A DNA stretch of 64,000 nt, taken from the NCBI GenBank assembly GCA_003344405.1, contig NOWV01000202.1:1-64000 (forward strand), written 5' to 3'. Positions 50,770-64,000 of this stretch are shown in pieces. The translations under genes were made by a program, and so were the position numbers. The notes below the pieces were generated by a model. It searched no databases. It was not told the origin of the DNA and saw only the letters and a list, made by a program, of their open reading frames with translations. Numbering within the stretch: position 1 is the first letter of the stretch; each line of letters begins with the position of its first letter. The DNA comes from Trichoplax sp. H2. Taxonomy: Eukaryota.

Positions 50770-53700
50770 CTAGGCACTGTCCATTAGTGCTAACAGATCA
50801 TCACCTTTTTCTGTAGCTGAATGGAAATGTTGAAGTAGAAAATGTTGTTAGTGTATATTTATAACTATAGCATACAGCTATTGCTATAGTGCTATAGTAA
50901 GTAGCTGATTTTATTATGTGATTGATACCTGTAGCTGAATTATTGCTGGTTATAGTGAAATCATCCATAATTCTCGACAATTCGTCACTTGCTTTTTTCT
51001 ACATATCCATTATGTAATTATGAAACCAATAGTTTAAGACATAATTGCCACTTATTAGACAATTGAATTTATGATCGCCTTGATCAATTGTAAGTTTTGC
51101 TAGGAATTGATATTTACAAAATGATGACTGTAGAATACGCTACCTTGCTCGCGTCGATATTAATTACACGATCAGGTCGGTATATTGTCTTTTCTGCAGC
51201 ACTGAGTTAAAAAAAGTTCGAATATTGTTGATTTCTGTTTTGATATTTATGTACTCTGATTTGTACTTACATTTCTTCTTCTTTGTCAGTACTGAATAAA
51301 TTGAGCCTAAACGCTGAAACTGTAGAATAGAACGGATGGGTAGTGCTTTCATTAGCGTTATACACAGTAAGAAATCGACTGTTACACTACAGCGGTAGTA
51401 GAATGATTTCGACTGTAATTAAAAATAAATGATATGATTTATTGTAAATATACCATCTTTTGCTTTCTTTTCATCTTTGCCGACTAAATGAGCAAGGAGA
51501 TTTAATTCTTCTTTGGCTAATGGGTTAGGTGCATTTCCAGATGCCCCATCCTATCATAATTAAATTTATATAATTAATTTGTAATATAAATTCTTGGATC
51601 TTAATTTCTAATCGTGACGGAAGAATCGATGAATTGTAGACGCAAGTCTTTGTTTATGGGCATGATTGAATCTTGAGTATTGTAAAAATATCGCGCGAGA
51701 GTTTATTTTTAATAAGAGGGAAGAAACCATGCAACGGAACAATACAATTTCAATTTAAAAATACCTCACTAAAGCATTTCCTTAATGTCGGAATATTTGT
51801 GGGTTCAAGCTATTAGTATCCCATTAAATTAATTTCTATAGCTGCGTCTACTAGCACTTTAGTAAATTAGATAGGACTAGCCCTCCCTGCCTAAGATGCC
51901 ACCGTCATATTTTCATGCATAAATCATAAATTATCCTAATTTATAGTGGGATTTTAGTATTTAGAACGAAAGATACTTTTGAATATTATTACGGTAATAC
52001 AGTACTTAAATAACTTCAGTTAATTTACATCCAATCGTATTAAATATCATATTTAGAGTTATTATTCATCTATCTGTCCAGCTAGCCGTACCTGTGATTG
52101 CGACTGGGATACGCTACTCGTTTCGACGTTCCTATCCACATTATACCTATAGATTAAAGGAAAGAGGAGATTAGTAAAGATACAGCCACTCAATTAGCCC
52201 TTAATTGAATAAAGTTGATTTTATTCTTTCAATCTACTATAAAATGGATTAATAACAATTAAATGAGGCAAAAGTCCTTACATATTGGTGCCTAATAAGG
52301 TAATTCTTTCACCACTTTTCTCAAATGATCCAGGTTTTAACACAGTTCTATATTTTGTATTGGTCTTAAACTCGATAGTTCTAACTACTTCATTATTGGC
52401 AAAAAACCTTAGGAAGGATAATATATCTTTTAATATATCATATATAGTAACGAACAGAATAATTAATCGTCGATTTTATATCTACCGAATAACTCCTGGC
52501 ATTTCCGTTCCATAAGGGATAGGACTATCCACGGGCAGAGAAAATCGACCATTGGAATTTTGAACTTTATCTTTTAAAAATATCGATACCTACGTAGAAT
52601 GATATAGATAAAATAAAACTGATTTGCGCTATTTCTTCATTTTATATCTTTTTTAACATAACAGAAATGAGATAATAGTGGCTAGGCAATCAATCCTTGA
52701 TTTCTGCTTTTTAAGCCATTCTATTTTAATCAAAGCCAAAGTAGGAGAACATTCTCTACTGTCAGCATTGCTATGATATGCTACAAAGCTTTTCCATACC
52801 GTAATTATTTGCTTACAATTTAACTTTGATTCCATTTACTCTCATTTTACTTCTTACCCTGATGTGCATATCTTGAAAGAATGAAAGTAGAGCTTGCCTA
52901 ATTAACTGAAATTGACCGGTCGACAAACTTGCGAAATGCTAACGAAGAAAAATAGATTTGAAACGATTATTTTCCTAGCATTTCGAGGCTAATTTTAGCA
53001 AATAGTGGAGAAGCATAGCGTCATCGATTCTCTGCCATAAAATTTTATGAATTATACCCTATAGTTTAAATGATGAGCTCCTTTAAGCTTTTATATCCTT
53101 ACCTCGTGTAATAAATGATAAACATGGTCAATCAATAAGATAATCTTAGTAGAACCAGATACAAAATCTTTTATTGCATCCACATGATTGAGCGTAACCA
53201 ATAAAACATCGCTTGGCCTTAGGCAAAGTGAAACCTACCCAAAGTAAAATACCAAAAGATGGTTTATGAGTAATTTATTTGTATCATATAAAGTTTACTA
53301 AAGAGCTTATGAGGATAACAGCTGCTTTCAATTATATATATATTTATATTAGTACTGATTATAAAATCATCTATCGCTTGCTTCCATATACTTATTTGAA
53401 AAAAATTTTTATGATAATGATTAGTAGTATAGCATAAACAAATGGAATCCCACATATGCTCGAGTATCTGGCAGCGATAATAAATTTTAGGTATGGGCGA
53501 ACTTAAATTTGATTTAATCTAAATTCTATTCCTCTTAAAATTAGACAATTCAAGTTTAAGATAAAACGACTAACATAAACTACAAGATATTCAATCTAGG
53601 AATGTTCAAGTTGAGTAGCATCTATAAGAATCGTAATTCCTCGTGGACTAGCAAGATTCACGTATTGAATCCGTTATTATTCAACCTGTAGTTATAATTT

Positions 53701-56700
53701 ATGGAATACCAAAAAGCGAATGCATTTATTTTCTTACCTGGTACTTGAATGCCATTGTCATCAAATCGTAAAGCTAAAGAAATTAAATGAATCCATTTTA
53801 ATATATCGACAAAATCAAATAACCGAAAGACAGACTCTTAAAAGCTACAGCATAAATTGCCATTTTTGTCATGGATACCCTGGCTGAAGTGATCCGTATC
53901 ATAAATTTAAAATAAAGTCCACGACAGTAATTTCACTGCTAATTCAGTCTTGAATATAAAGTAGAGAAGGTAGTATCCTCGACTATGTCATTGAAAAGGG
54001 TACTTTCAATCATTATACTTTCGTATGCTGCCACTTGATTGACTCGATTTTTATTATGAGGAATGTTTCTTGACTTATTATTTAAGATCACAGTGTGATT
54101 AATATCGTTTTGTCTAATGACGTAAACAGCAAAGAAAGGCTTTAATATTACGAGCAGGTTGAATTAAAATTGGAATCGACTGCTAATGGAAAAGGTGGAA
54201 GCGGTACATTTAGTTTCACTATCACTATTATAATTCCAAATTTTGGGTATTTACGGAAATATTAGTCATTAAAATAAATTTACGGCTACGAAATAGTTTG
54301 ACATTATGAGTAGTTATGAATAAAACTGCCATCGGTTACTACTATTGGTAGTTAGGAAATCATCAGTATCAATGCGTTAAATGAAAAATAACACCGGGAA
54401 AGGAATACTGTCAGTGATTATAAACGGTATTATCTATCCATAATATAGAAAGGATAGGCTTGATTTGAGGTGGTCTTTTTTCTATTCATATATATATTTA
54501 AAAGCAGACAATTAATACCTGTAATACAAAAATTTATTATTTTTACCATCTGATAAAAAATTATCCTATATCAGGCTGAAAATAGCAGGAAATGACATTC
54601 TTATTTACAAGCTACGGATGAGGTTATTGGTTGGTAACACTAAAGTCTCTAATGGTCTCTAGGTAACACTAGTTGGACTAATTTCACTGATTCGATTAAA
54701 TCATCAGATACTTTTATGGATTTTCACATTTGTGAAATGCACCGTAGTCTAAGAGATTTAATGTACTTATTGTGTATTAAAATGTTATAAAGAAAGTCTA
54801 ATAAATCGCTGAATGTCACGTTCTGTAATAGTTACATAATTAGTATGTTACCTTCTTTCTATATATGGTTAAATATCACGATGTTATCACGTCGTGCGTA
54901 TATAGATGTAGTTATGGTACTATATTAAGGTTATCTATATATGTATTCTCATGTTGCCATACTTGGCATGATAGTCTATTTGTAATGACTAAACTAGGGA
55001 AACCTTTCTGTTAGTGATGATCTTGTGATCTACTGACGTAGATCACAGGTCACAATAAAGAAAGTATATAAACTCTTCATTTTAACAATAAAGTTAGTTC
55101 TTCAACTTAATTACTGGGTCTCCTTGCTGAGTGCAGATCTAGTACTTGTTACAAAATTTGGAAGTTGTAACACTGAAATAATAGAGAAAGTATAACTTTA
55201 TCAAGACTATGAATACGGTTATCCTAGAATGCCATAAATATCTACTGAGTAGCTAAAATAGTAGAGAAAGTATAGCATTATCGATAGCTATACACAATGT
55301 TATCTAGAAAAAATGTAGTCAATAACGTCTAACGAATAGCTGAAATAATAGAGAAACTATAATATTATCGATAGAGATAAATAATGTTATCTAGAAAGAA
55401 TGTAGATAGCATTCGTTTCAGATGTAATCGATTTAATCAGTTATATCTACCGTCTCAATTACATACAATAGAGAATAAAATTTAGGATATGAATGCTCGT
55501 ATGTGGAAATTATATGTCAATTTTATCCACTTAAGAAGTCTAGCGTTATAGTTGGATGGAGCATAGACAATACGGGTAGAATCTTAAGTTGTTATTGGTG
55601 TTAACTGATTTCATGAATATTCAAGGATAATACGACCCGGATGAGCTCATGTGTAGTAGCTTTTTCTTTTAGTTTATATCATTAGTGATCTCAATCATCA
55701 ATGATAGCTATTATTTCCGTCATTTCCAATCACTAAAACGGATATCTAAAACGGATATCTCCCTTTTAGTTGATTATGATTAGCTCATGACGGAATGAGA
55801 AGATTCATCATTATCATCCATCGATTGTATTCTGACTTTCTCTACTGGTCTAGACTTGTTACAATACGAAACTAATCGATCAAAATTAGGAAAGAGAAAT
55901 AACTTACCATAAATATTATGTTCTTAGAATAAATAATACCTTTCCAGTAAAGTATAACAAAAACTGTAATCAATTAAAGTTTAAGAGATGAAAAAAACAA
56001 CTGTCGACTATAACTATATAGCTATAGATTGGAATAGACTCTTTAATGATTAATTCATCAACCGAATTTATTCCGGGAGCTAAATGCATTGATGAACGTG
56101 TCATTCTGATGCCAGATTTTATTTTTAATCAAAGAAAATCGAACAATTTAAAGATGGAAATATTTCCCTTATTATTGATAAACTAATAAGGATGATTCGT
56201 TTGTCAACAGGAACTTCTTCAGTACTCTATATAATTTTAATAAACAAGTACATTTCCAACCAGATTTCTTGAATGAAGGAAGATCAACTAGTTTTTGAGA
56301 TGGAATGATTTTCCTTAGAGTTGATCAATCAATACGAATGATCTATCGATCATCAGCAAAAAGTTACTCAGCGCATTAATCGTGCAACAAACTTGCACTT
56401 TCTGACTAGATTTATTTTCGATCAACGAAATTTAACTAATTTGCAAATGGAAATTTTTTCTTGTAGTTCATAAACTAATAGAAATAATTCGTTTGCCAGC
56501 ATAAAATTTATCAGGATGCTAAATATTTTAATAATCTTGTACTTTTTTAGCAAGATTTCATTCCTAATTAAGGAAGATCAAATGGTTTGCAGACGGGATT
56601 ATTTTTCTTGCTCTTGATCAATTAATAAGAGTGATTTGCTGATTAATAGGAATTTCTTCAGAATACCAAACGTTTTAATCAATTTGCACTTCTCTAATAA

Positions 56701-59700
56701 GATTTCATTTATGATAAAAGAAGATCAACTAGCTTTAAGATGGAATTATTTCCCTTGTTGTTGATCAATCAAAAGGAATGATTTATTGATCAACAAGAAG
56801 TTATTTAATACATTAACCATATAAGAAACTTGCGCATTTGTTACAAGATTTCATTTCCGATTGAAGATGATAAACTAATTTTGAAATAGAATTATTATTC
56901 CCGTTGTTGATTAATTAATAGGAATGATCCATCGATGGACAAGAAGTTATTCAGTACATTAATTGCGTAATAAAATCGTACACTTCTTAACAAGATTTCA
57001 TTTCCGATCAAGGAAGATCAACTAATTTTAAGATAAAGCCATTTTTTGTAGTTACTGGTTAATCAATGGAATAGAATTAAAATTATATTAAGTCAGTCTT
57101 GTTGATGTTAAAGCAAGGTTTTACCTTTTCATGACTGCTAACATAGTCTATCAATTTGTCAATAATATCAGTTGAAAGGAAATTAATTTATTCTTGGTGC
57201 CATTGTAAAAATGATTATATAACGCCTTGTTGAACTTATACATAGGAAAAAGAGCTATTATAGCAAGAATTAAACTGATATTTTAAAGCAGTTATGGTAA
57301 TCTTATCTTTGCTATTGTTGGTAGTCCTTATGAATTATATTATAAAACAGTCATCATAAATTCTAAATAGTTTCTTTATATCTTGTTTATCTTTCTAAAA
57401 AAATTTTTAATTTTTGGTATTATCCTATTAAATTGTCAATGCTAGCCCAATATCCCGAGGGAAGAGGAGAATGAAAATTTCAATTAAGACGATCTTGATC
57501 TCATATCTTGTCCAACGACATCTTTAATACTGTATACAGTAATTGCAATCTACTTTATCTATATTCGATATAGAAATGGCATAATTATTTTATGGTTTTA
57601 AAATTCCGTCTAACCCTTACTCTTGAAAAATGTTATAGCATCATCATCATTGAATGAATGAGTTCAGAATGAGAATTCACACAAATCTCGCAAGACTTGA
57701 AAAAATTCAACTTAAAATGTTAGTAGGATAGAACTCAATCATCGTATTATGCTATTCAGGATAAATGATCGATGCTTGTCGATTTGATGAATACATTAAT
57801 TTTAAAAACTATTAAACAATCTTTCACCATTAAACCGATTTGTAGCTTAGTAGCCAAATAAGCAATGCTTGGAGTAAGTGAAATTAGGAAGCTCTAAACG
57901 ATTCTAGCGTTTCAAAGCTGTTGAAAAACTCCTTCCATTTAACTGACTTCAAAAATAAATCGGCAAGCAAATAAAATATTTAGATGTATAACCTAATATA
58001 GTAGTCATGATATTCTTTCTGTATGGTCGAGTAATTTCCTCTAGAGCTAATAGAAAACGATTTGATCGCTTTATCGATAGCAACTGGTTAATTAATACCT
58101 ATAATAAAAGCGATGAGATTTTATGTGTTTGCTTTACGTGGGTTGAATTGGCTGAAGCAAATGGCATATTTATAGATAAAAATGGAAGAAATTTCAATTT
58201 ATTTACCAATATTGATTGTGATTCCTACTTAATCTGTTGTTAAACCAAATAGAATGATGATTCTAATCGAGTTTAGGCTGACAACTTTTTTACAAGGATG
58301 ACAACGTTTAGTCAAGTTTGCTGAGTTAGTTATTTCATAAAGTAAGCCAGTCCGACTTGTTTTTTTATAAAATAACTATCAACTTGATTATTTATAAAGT
58401 AGCTAAGAACGTTTGTGAAATAATCTTTGAAAAGTTATTCCATAAATTAAACATTAACTTCTTAGTAACTTCATAACATTGGCACGGTTTTTTTATAAAA
58501 TGATTGGTTAGCAGTTTGTAAAATTAGTAATGTTTTGATGACTTTATAACGTAGTTTGCTACTTTGTATAATTATGCTACTCGACCTAGCAAGCACCCTA
58601 CAGGGGAAATTAAAAGTACTATTTTATGAAGACAAGATAGGAGCGACGACATCCTTCATCATCTTCTATAGAGATTGATTGCGATTGTGTCATTTCTTGA
58701 TTTACTGGTACTGTATTTCTAATTGTTGCTAACATAATTAGTATCTCATCTAAGAACTTAGGATAGATTATGCGTGTACACTGTATACTTCATCAATAGA
58801 GCATGGAAGATATAAAAATTCTATGGCTAAGCTGGTATTATGAATGTTCTCTCGCCATTGCTCATGTTGCTTGCACTATTACTTGATGTATCGAGAGGCT
58901 ATTTTCTATTTATTGCTAGTTGACACTGTCTCTACGAATTGAAGATATGGTATACAGTATGCTAGTTTAAATAAAAATAAGAGATCAGTTCGATTGTTAC
59001 TCTGGCGCCGTTCGTTTAACCTTCATAGTTAGTGTTGGCTCTGTAAGTTGAGATATTTTATGTGGTAGTTTAAATCAGAATCAGAGATAAATTCTGTTGC
59101 AATATTGGCGTTGTTGATAGCCTTTCATAATAACTCATAATGATTGCTCCTTTTCTTAATCTAATGTTAAATATATTTTCTAGCCCTTGATTGTTGGTGC
59201 TGCAGTACTGTATCCATGAGCTTAGGAACAATTTTATAACAAGTTAAAATGGGAAAATAAGAGATAAATATTAATGATCGGCTACTATTATTTCCTAATA
59301 TTAATGGTCATGGATAGCCTATGTCTTGTACTTCCTAATGTACAACCGAGGGAAGATAGAAAATTCTTTTCCGATCAGTATTATATTTACTGCATGAGAT
59401 AGAATTTAATAAGATCGTTAGAATATTCTATCGAAATGGTAAACGTGACGATGACAACAACAACGGCGAAATAATTGAGGCTAATGTCCTTTCTTTCCTA
59501 CGTTTAGTATAACGTTTTTGAACGCCAATCCATGAGAAATTTTATTGTTTTATGGGTAGAATCGCTTAGTAACAAATAAGCCAAGAAATAATGATGGATA
59601 AATCAAGTTTTACGTCATAAATTAAAAAGAAAATGCTCTCACGTAGGCTACCTCATTATAATAGCTCGTACGTAAAGGTTAAATATGGGTTCAAAATATG

Positions 59701-60922
59701 GGTACGGCTGGTCCAATTTTTAATTTCAAAATGAATTTGTCTAATTTTATATTAAATAAATGCAATACTATAATATCACTCCTGCTTTATCAACTATTTC
59801 TAATATGAAATTGTTGATAAATCCGGAGAAAACATCATATATTTTTCTATGGAATCTTTATTTTACTTCAATGAAACATTTCAGCTTTACAATTCACCGC
59901 AATGCATGATTCCAGTATCCTTGGTCTATTGATGGCAATGGGACACTAATTGCCTGACTAAGATATCTACTATGTCCATCGCTCTAAGACAACTGACAGT
60001 TGCTAAAGATTAATTGAATTGGTCAATTTATATTTCATTGATGTAAAATGTTCATGCTATCTTCTAAAAGATTTCACCATTAATTTAATGACTACACAAA
60101 CTCTGAAAAGTACCGCAGGTTTTTAGTTTTTTGCTTATTAACAGTAGCTTATGGAAAAAAAACTTTCTACATAATTGAAATATGCTGCTCAGAAATGAAG
60201 TAAGAAATGTTTAACGAATATTATATGCTTATTATAAATTTAAAAATGGAGTGACGTTAGGTAGTATGCATTCTAAAATATAAATCTTGCAGTAAATTAG
60301 GATAGGATTGGTCTAATGCATTCGTGTAATATTAATGCTCATTTTTCATTTTGTGAAGGAACGAAATAGGTTTCGGAGAGGTATTTCATCGATTTTTTGA
60401 GATATTTACAATAGAAAATGATTGAAATCAATCACTTTCGTCGATAAACTAGGCCAATTAGCTCTCTAATTAGCTAATTCATAAAGGTAGTAATAACATA
60501 ATACTGAGAATTTTATAGTAAAACTAATCTACTAACGCTTATCCTAAATTAGGATCGATTTTTATGATGTTGCCTCAAGAACTATGTAAGAGAAGAACCC
60601 CGATAAACAGCAAAGAGATATCAAAGTCGCTATTATATTGCTATGACAAAACTATCATATCTAGCTTATAACGAAACAATTTTAAGTGGATAAGTTATCT
60701 TCGCAATGTCAAACTAATCAAATGGAGAATTCAAGCCATTTAATCTAATTGATTTACTCCAACTTACCTTATCCATACTTGCGGCGTTTAATCGCATAAT
60801 CGAAGCGTGAGCTAGACGATCAAAGACTGTTCTCATTGCTTTCTTGGAATACATTTCTTGAGGTTTAAATAATTCCTCCATAAAACGCTTATTAAACATG
60901 GTACCAACAATATCGTGCATTA
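50770..60922 (-). CDS. OSCP1: OSCP1 (organic solute carrier partner 1 / NOR1) homolog, 5'-incomplete
   Basis: Exon 60922-60768 encodes VMHDIVGTMFNKRFMEELFKPQEMYS..RLAHASIMRLNAASMDK; exon 53773-53738 encodes LYDLMTMAFKYQ. Later exons give LLVTLNHVDAI, FQLIRQALLSFFQDMHIR, VSIFLKDKVQNSNGRF, APNPLAKEELNLLA and KGDDLLALMDSA*. First coding exon not found in the window. Confidence 0.92.
54814..55172. mobile_element. Solo LTR candidate (359 bp) with 5-bp TSD CTGAA
   Basis: Begins TGTCAC, ends GTAACA, flanked by CTGAA at 54809-54813 and 55173-55177. The copy of this locus at 62617-62963 has a single CTGAA and no insert. Contains TATA-like CTATATAT and two AATAAA on the + strand. Confidence 0.82.
55173..55410. 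repeat. ~80-88-bp imperfect tandem repeat, 3 copies
   Basis: CT(G/A)AAATA(A/G)TAGAGAAA(G/C)TATA...TTATC...GTTATC(C)TAGAA at about 55173, 55253 and 55340. Confidence 0.8.
56100..57050. repeat. Degenerate tandem repeat, period 145-148 bp, ~6.5 copies
   Basis: Anchor AGATTT at 56114, 56262, 56408, 56553, 56700, 56846 and 56993, usually followed by a GAAGATCAACTA-like and a TTGATCAATCAA-like block. Confidence 0.8.
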
Positions 60923-61509
60923 CTATGGCCATCATGAAATAAGAATTAAAAACAGAAACATATTTAGCGGATGAGCTCTCTTGCATCAAAATGACAATAC
61001 ACCAATTTTAATTCCCTACTTCAAACAGTAAAATGCAATTAACATGGCTAGCATGAAAGGCTAAGAAAGTATAAACCTATTAGAACCCTGCAGGAGTAAT
61101 TAAATATGCTATTAGCTCGTTAAATAGATATATGGGGATGTTAAGACATTGATATTATTTTCATGGATGTCGTCAATCAAAAATGAGGATCCTTCGTTCT
61201 TTGCTAATGTATTTCTTAGAATATATTTTGATGTATTACAAGGTGAAGAAATTAAACAATCCGCTTATTCCTGAATATACTCAGAGTCAATTTTACTACT
61301 AACGAAACCATCTTTGTTATATAAGAAAATAAAGTCTTTAATCATTCTAATTCAGACGATGTAACGACGGAAAATAAACTTTCCACGTATTATCCTTATG
61401 CTGAGTAATTCATATAGTAGTAGTGATAATATCGAGCCTGCTATAGTTTTAACCTAGTATTCGTTTAATCGAAATTAGGAGATCTACTGAGAATAGAATT
61501 CGTCATCAA

Positions 61510-62450
61510 ATACGATTTATCCATGCACAAAGAATAAAAATCATATCTTATGGTTGAATTTAGACAAAGTATTGATGATGGAATTCAATTTTCAATTTAC
61601 TCTTAAACCGGATGATTTGCACGCCGCTACGGCAATTACAATGTGCATGATATAAGTATATTAATCCCTTCATCATTCAGTTGAACTTAGGAACTACACC
61701 AATGAAGAGCAAACATTAAATCAGAACGCTTCATGCATTAAGAATGAAATTCTAGCGTATAGTTGAATTAGATGATATATCGATGAAGGAATTCAATTTC
61801 AACCTACTTTTAAACGAGATAATTTATCCACCACTATAAAAATTATAATGTACGTTGTATAAGTATATCAATTTATCCATCATTAAATTAAATTTAGGAA
61901 GTACATATATGAAGGTTAAACATTAAATCGGAATTTCTCATGTGTTAAGAATAAAAATCGTAGCGTATTGTTGAATTAGATGATGCATCAATGAAGGAAT
62001 CAAATTGTTAGTCTGCTCTTAATTAAATTATTAAACAAGATATTCTATCCGACAGAAGAGAAATCATAATATACATGGTATATGTATATTATTTCATTCA
62101 TCGTTTATTTGAATTTGAGAGCTATGCAGATGAAGAATTAAACGTTAAACTTCCGGTGTATTACAAATAATAATCATGGCATGTAGTTGAATTAGACGAT
62201 GTATCGATGAAGGAAATTTTCAGCCTACTCTCAATCAAGGTCATCTATCCGCTACTGGAGAAATTATAATATGCATGGTATACGTATATGAGCTCATTCA
62301 TCATCTATTTGAATTTGAGATTTATAAAATGGAGAATGAAACGTTTAATCGGAATTCTCTATACACTAAGAGTAAAATTAATATCTTGTATTTAAATTAA
62401 GATCATATAAGAAAGAAGAAATTAAATTTTCAATCTAATTTTATAGATAA
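61510..62450. repeat. Degenerate tandem repeat, period ~205-216 bp, ~4.5 copies
   Basis: Anchor TTGAATTAGA.GAT...TCGATGAAGGAA at about 61554, 61763, 61971, 62187 and (degenerate) 62392. Confidence 0.8.
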
Positions 62451-63146
62451 TCTATCCAGTTCGAAGCGTATTGTAAATATTATGCATATATACCAGCTTA
62501 TTCATCGACCAGCTAAAATCAGACGATAAGCTCATAAGAATACGGGTTAGGAATCAATCCTGAAACAAACTTAACCTAGGTGTCAATGAAGAAATGNNNN
62601 NNNNNNNNNNNNNNNNAATGGTCTCTAGGTAACACTAGTTGGACTAATTTCACTGATTCGATTAAATCATCAGATACTTTTATGGATTTTCACATTTGTG
62701 AAATGCACCGTAGTCTAAGAGATTTAATGTACTTATTGTGTATTAAAATGTTATAAAGAAAGTCTAATAAATCGCTGAAATAATAGAGAAAGTATAACGT
62801 TATCAAGACTATGAATACGGTTATCCTAGAATGCCATAAATATCTACTGAGTAGCTAAAATAGTAGAGAAAGTATAGCATTATCGATAGCTATACACAAT
62901 GTTATCTAGAAAAAATGTAGTCAATAACGTCTAACGAATAGCTGAAATAATAGAGAAACTATANNNNNNNNNNNNNNNNNNNNATCTAATTTTATAGATA
63001 ATCTATCCAGTTCGAAGCGTATTGTAAATATTATGCATATATACCAGCTTATTCATCGACCAGCTAAAATCAGACGATAAGCTCATAAGAATACGGGTTA
63101 GGAATCAATCCTGAAACAAACTTAACCTAGGTGTCAATGAAGAAAT
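62433..63146. repeat. Exact ~163-bp overlap on both sides of the gap pair (62433-62596 vs 62984-63146); probable assembly artifact
   Basis: ATCTAATTTTATAGATAATC...GTGTCAATGAAGAAATG is repeated, apparently verbatim, abutting the N runs. Confidence 0.85.
62617..62963 (+). repeat. Gap-bounded copy of 54651-54813 + 55178-55361 (empty-site version of the solo-LTR locus)
   Basis: Appears identical apart from the missing 364 bp and one substitution (GTATAACGTT vs GTATAACTTT). Flanked by N runs on both sides. Confidence 0.9.
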
Positions 63147-64000
63147 GATAATAAACCTCTGCATTTGTCGTCTAGCTGGGTTGGTACGGTACTGATCAAA
63201 ATATTACCCTTTTAATCTGTGCTTCAATAAGATAATCCTCCTATAACGAAAATTATATCGTGTTCGCTATATATATCAGTATTAAGTATTAAATAGACGA
63301 AAAGTTGCAAAATATTTTGAACTGATATCGATCTCAAGCCTTGAACGACGTTGCTACATTACCGACTAAGACAACTAGAAAATATAAGCTGCAGTAGTCA
63401 AAGGGGTAAACTATTTCGACCCATTTTATTCTTGGGAATTAAAAATGGCAACTCAAGAAGTGCGCAATTTCTATATCCATTACCAATAGAATACAGGAAG
63501 AATTGGATCGTAGATAAGATCTAATCCAGCATAAATAATTCAGGAGGAGATTTTACAAACATTGACAGCAAGTGGCCATGGAACACGACACGAAAAGTCA
63601 ATCATTATTGAATCCATGTTTTTTTCTTATTCTAAAAGTATTATGTAAATCTACTGTACCTAAATTAAGGTATTACAACAGTCGATATTTTTATATATTG
63701 TCTCTCCCTCTCGCTCCCACCCCTTGGAGATAAATTACAATTTGACGTAATTTATTGGTAGAAGGCACCAAAAGTAATAATTATTCTTGCTTTAATATTA
63801 CAACTTTATGCAATGGCAGAAACAGGTTCATGCTAATAGCAGAAGAAATCATCCTTTGATCAATCAGTCTAGAATAGTTATTAATCGATTTAAAAGGTTA
63901 CGGGTCCATTCCTATTTACAGTAATACGAGTATATATATACATTTTCCATGTAAGGCATAATCTCTTTGATTCTATATATATAACTTGGACTGTGTCCAA

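Noticed and set aside
58600..58770. Exon-like minus-strand frame FLDEILIMLATIRN...SYLVFIK* inside the OSCP1 intron, and similar fragments near 55790-55875 and 63160-63240
   Set aside because: No recognisable homology, and I could not chain them into a consistent spliced gene.
62433..63146. Apparent direct repeats flanking 62617-62963, resembling an insertion with long terminal duplications
   Set aside because: Both copies abut N runs and look identical; best explained as contig overlap around a misplaced alternate-haplotype fragment.

Overview
AT-rich eukaryotic genomic DNA with compact, intron-rich genes and four 20-N assembly gaps. Gene content and architecture suggest an early-branching animal, most like a placozoan such as Trichoplax (inference, not proven). 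I reconstructed nine conserved genes by hand from splice signals and reading frames: HSD17B12-like 3-ketoacyl-CoA reductase (+), POLQ (+), mitochondrial TrpRS WARS2 (-), katanin p60 KATNA1 (+), a VRK-family kinase (+), TAK1/MAP3K7 (+), CHMP1B (-), ORC3 (+) and a 5'-incomplete OSCP1 (-). Notable non-gene structure: (1) a 359-bp TG..CA solo-LTR candidate with a 5-bp target-site duplication, whose empty pre-insertion site is also in the window; (2) a U12-type intron between two micro-exons in CHMP1B; (3) a 58/58/36-bp higher-order minisatellite with about 20 ATTTGCAT octamers upstream of TAK1; (4) a foldback/MITE-like element family; (5) GTAC-centred palindromic motif clusters and locus-specific tandem repeats at gene 5' regions. 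I found no tRNA, rRNA or CRISPR array. All protein identifications rest on remembered family motifs, not database searches.
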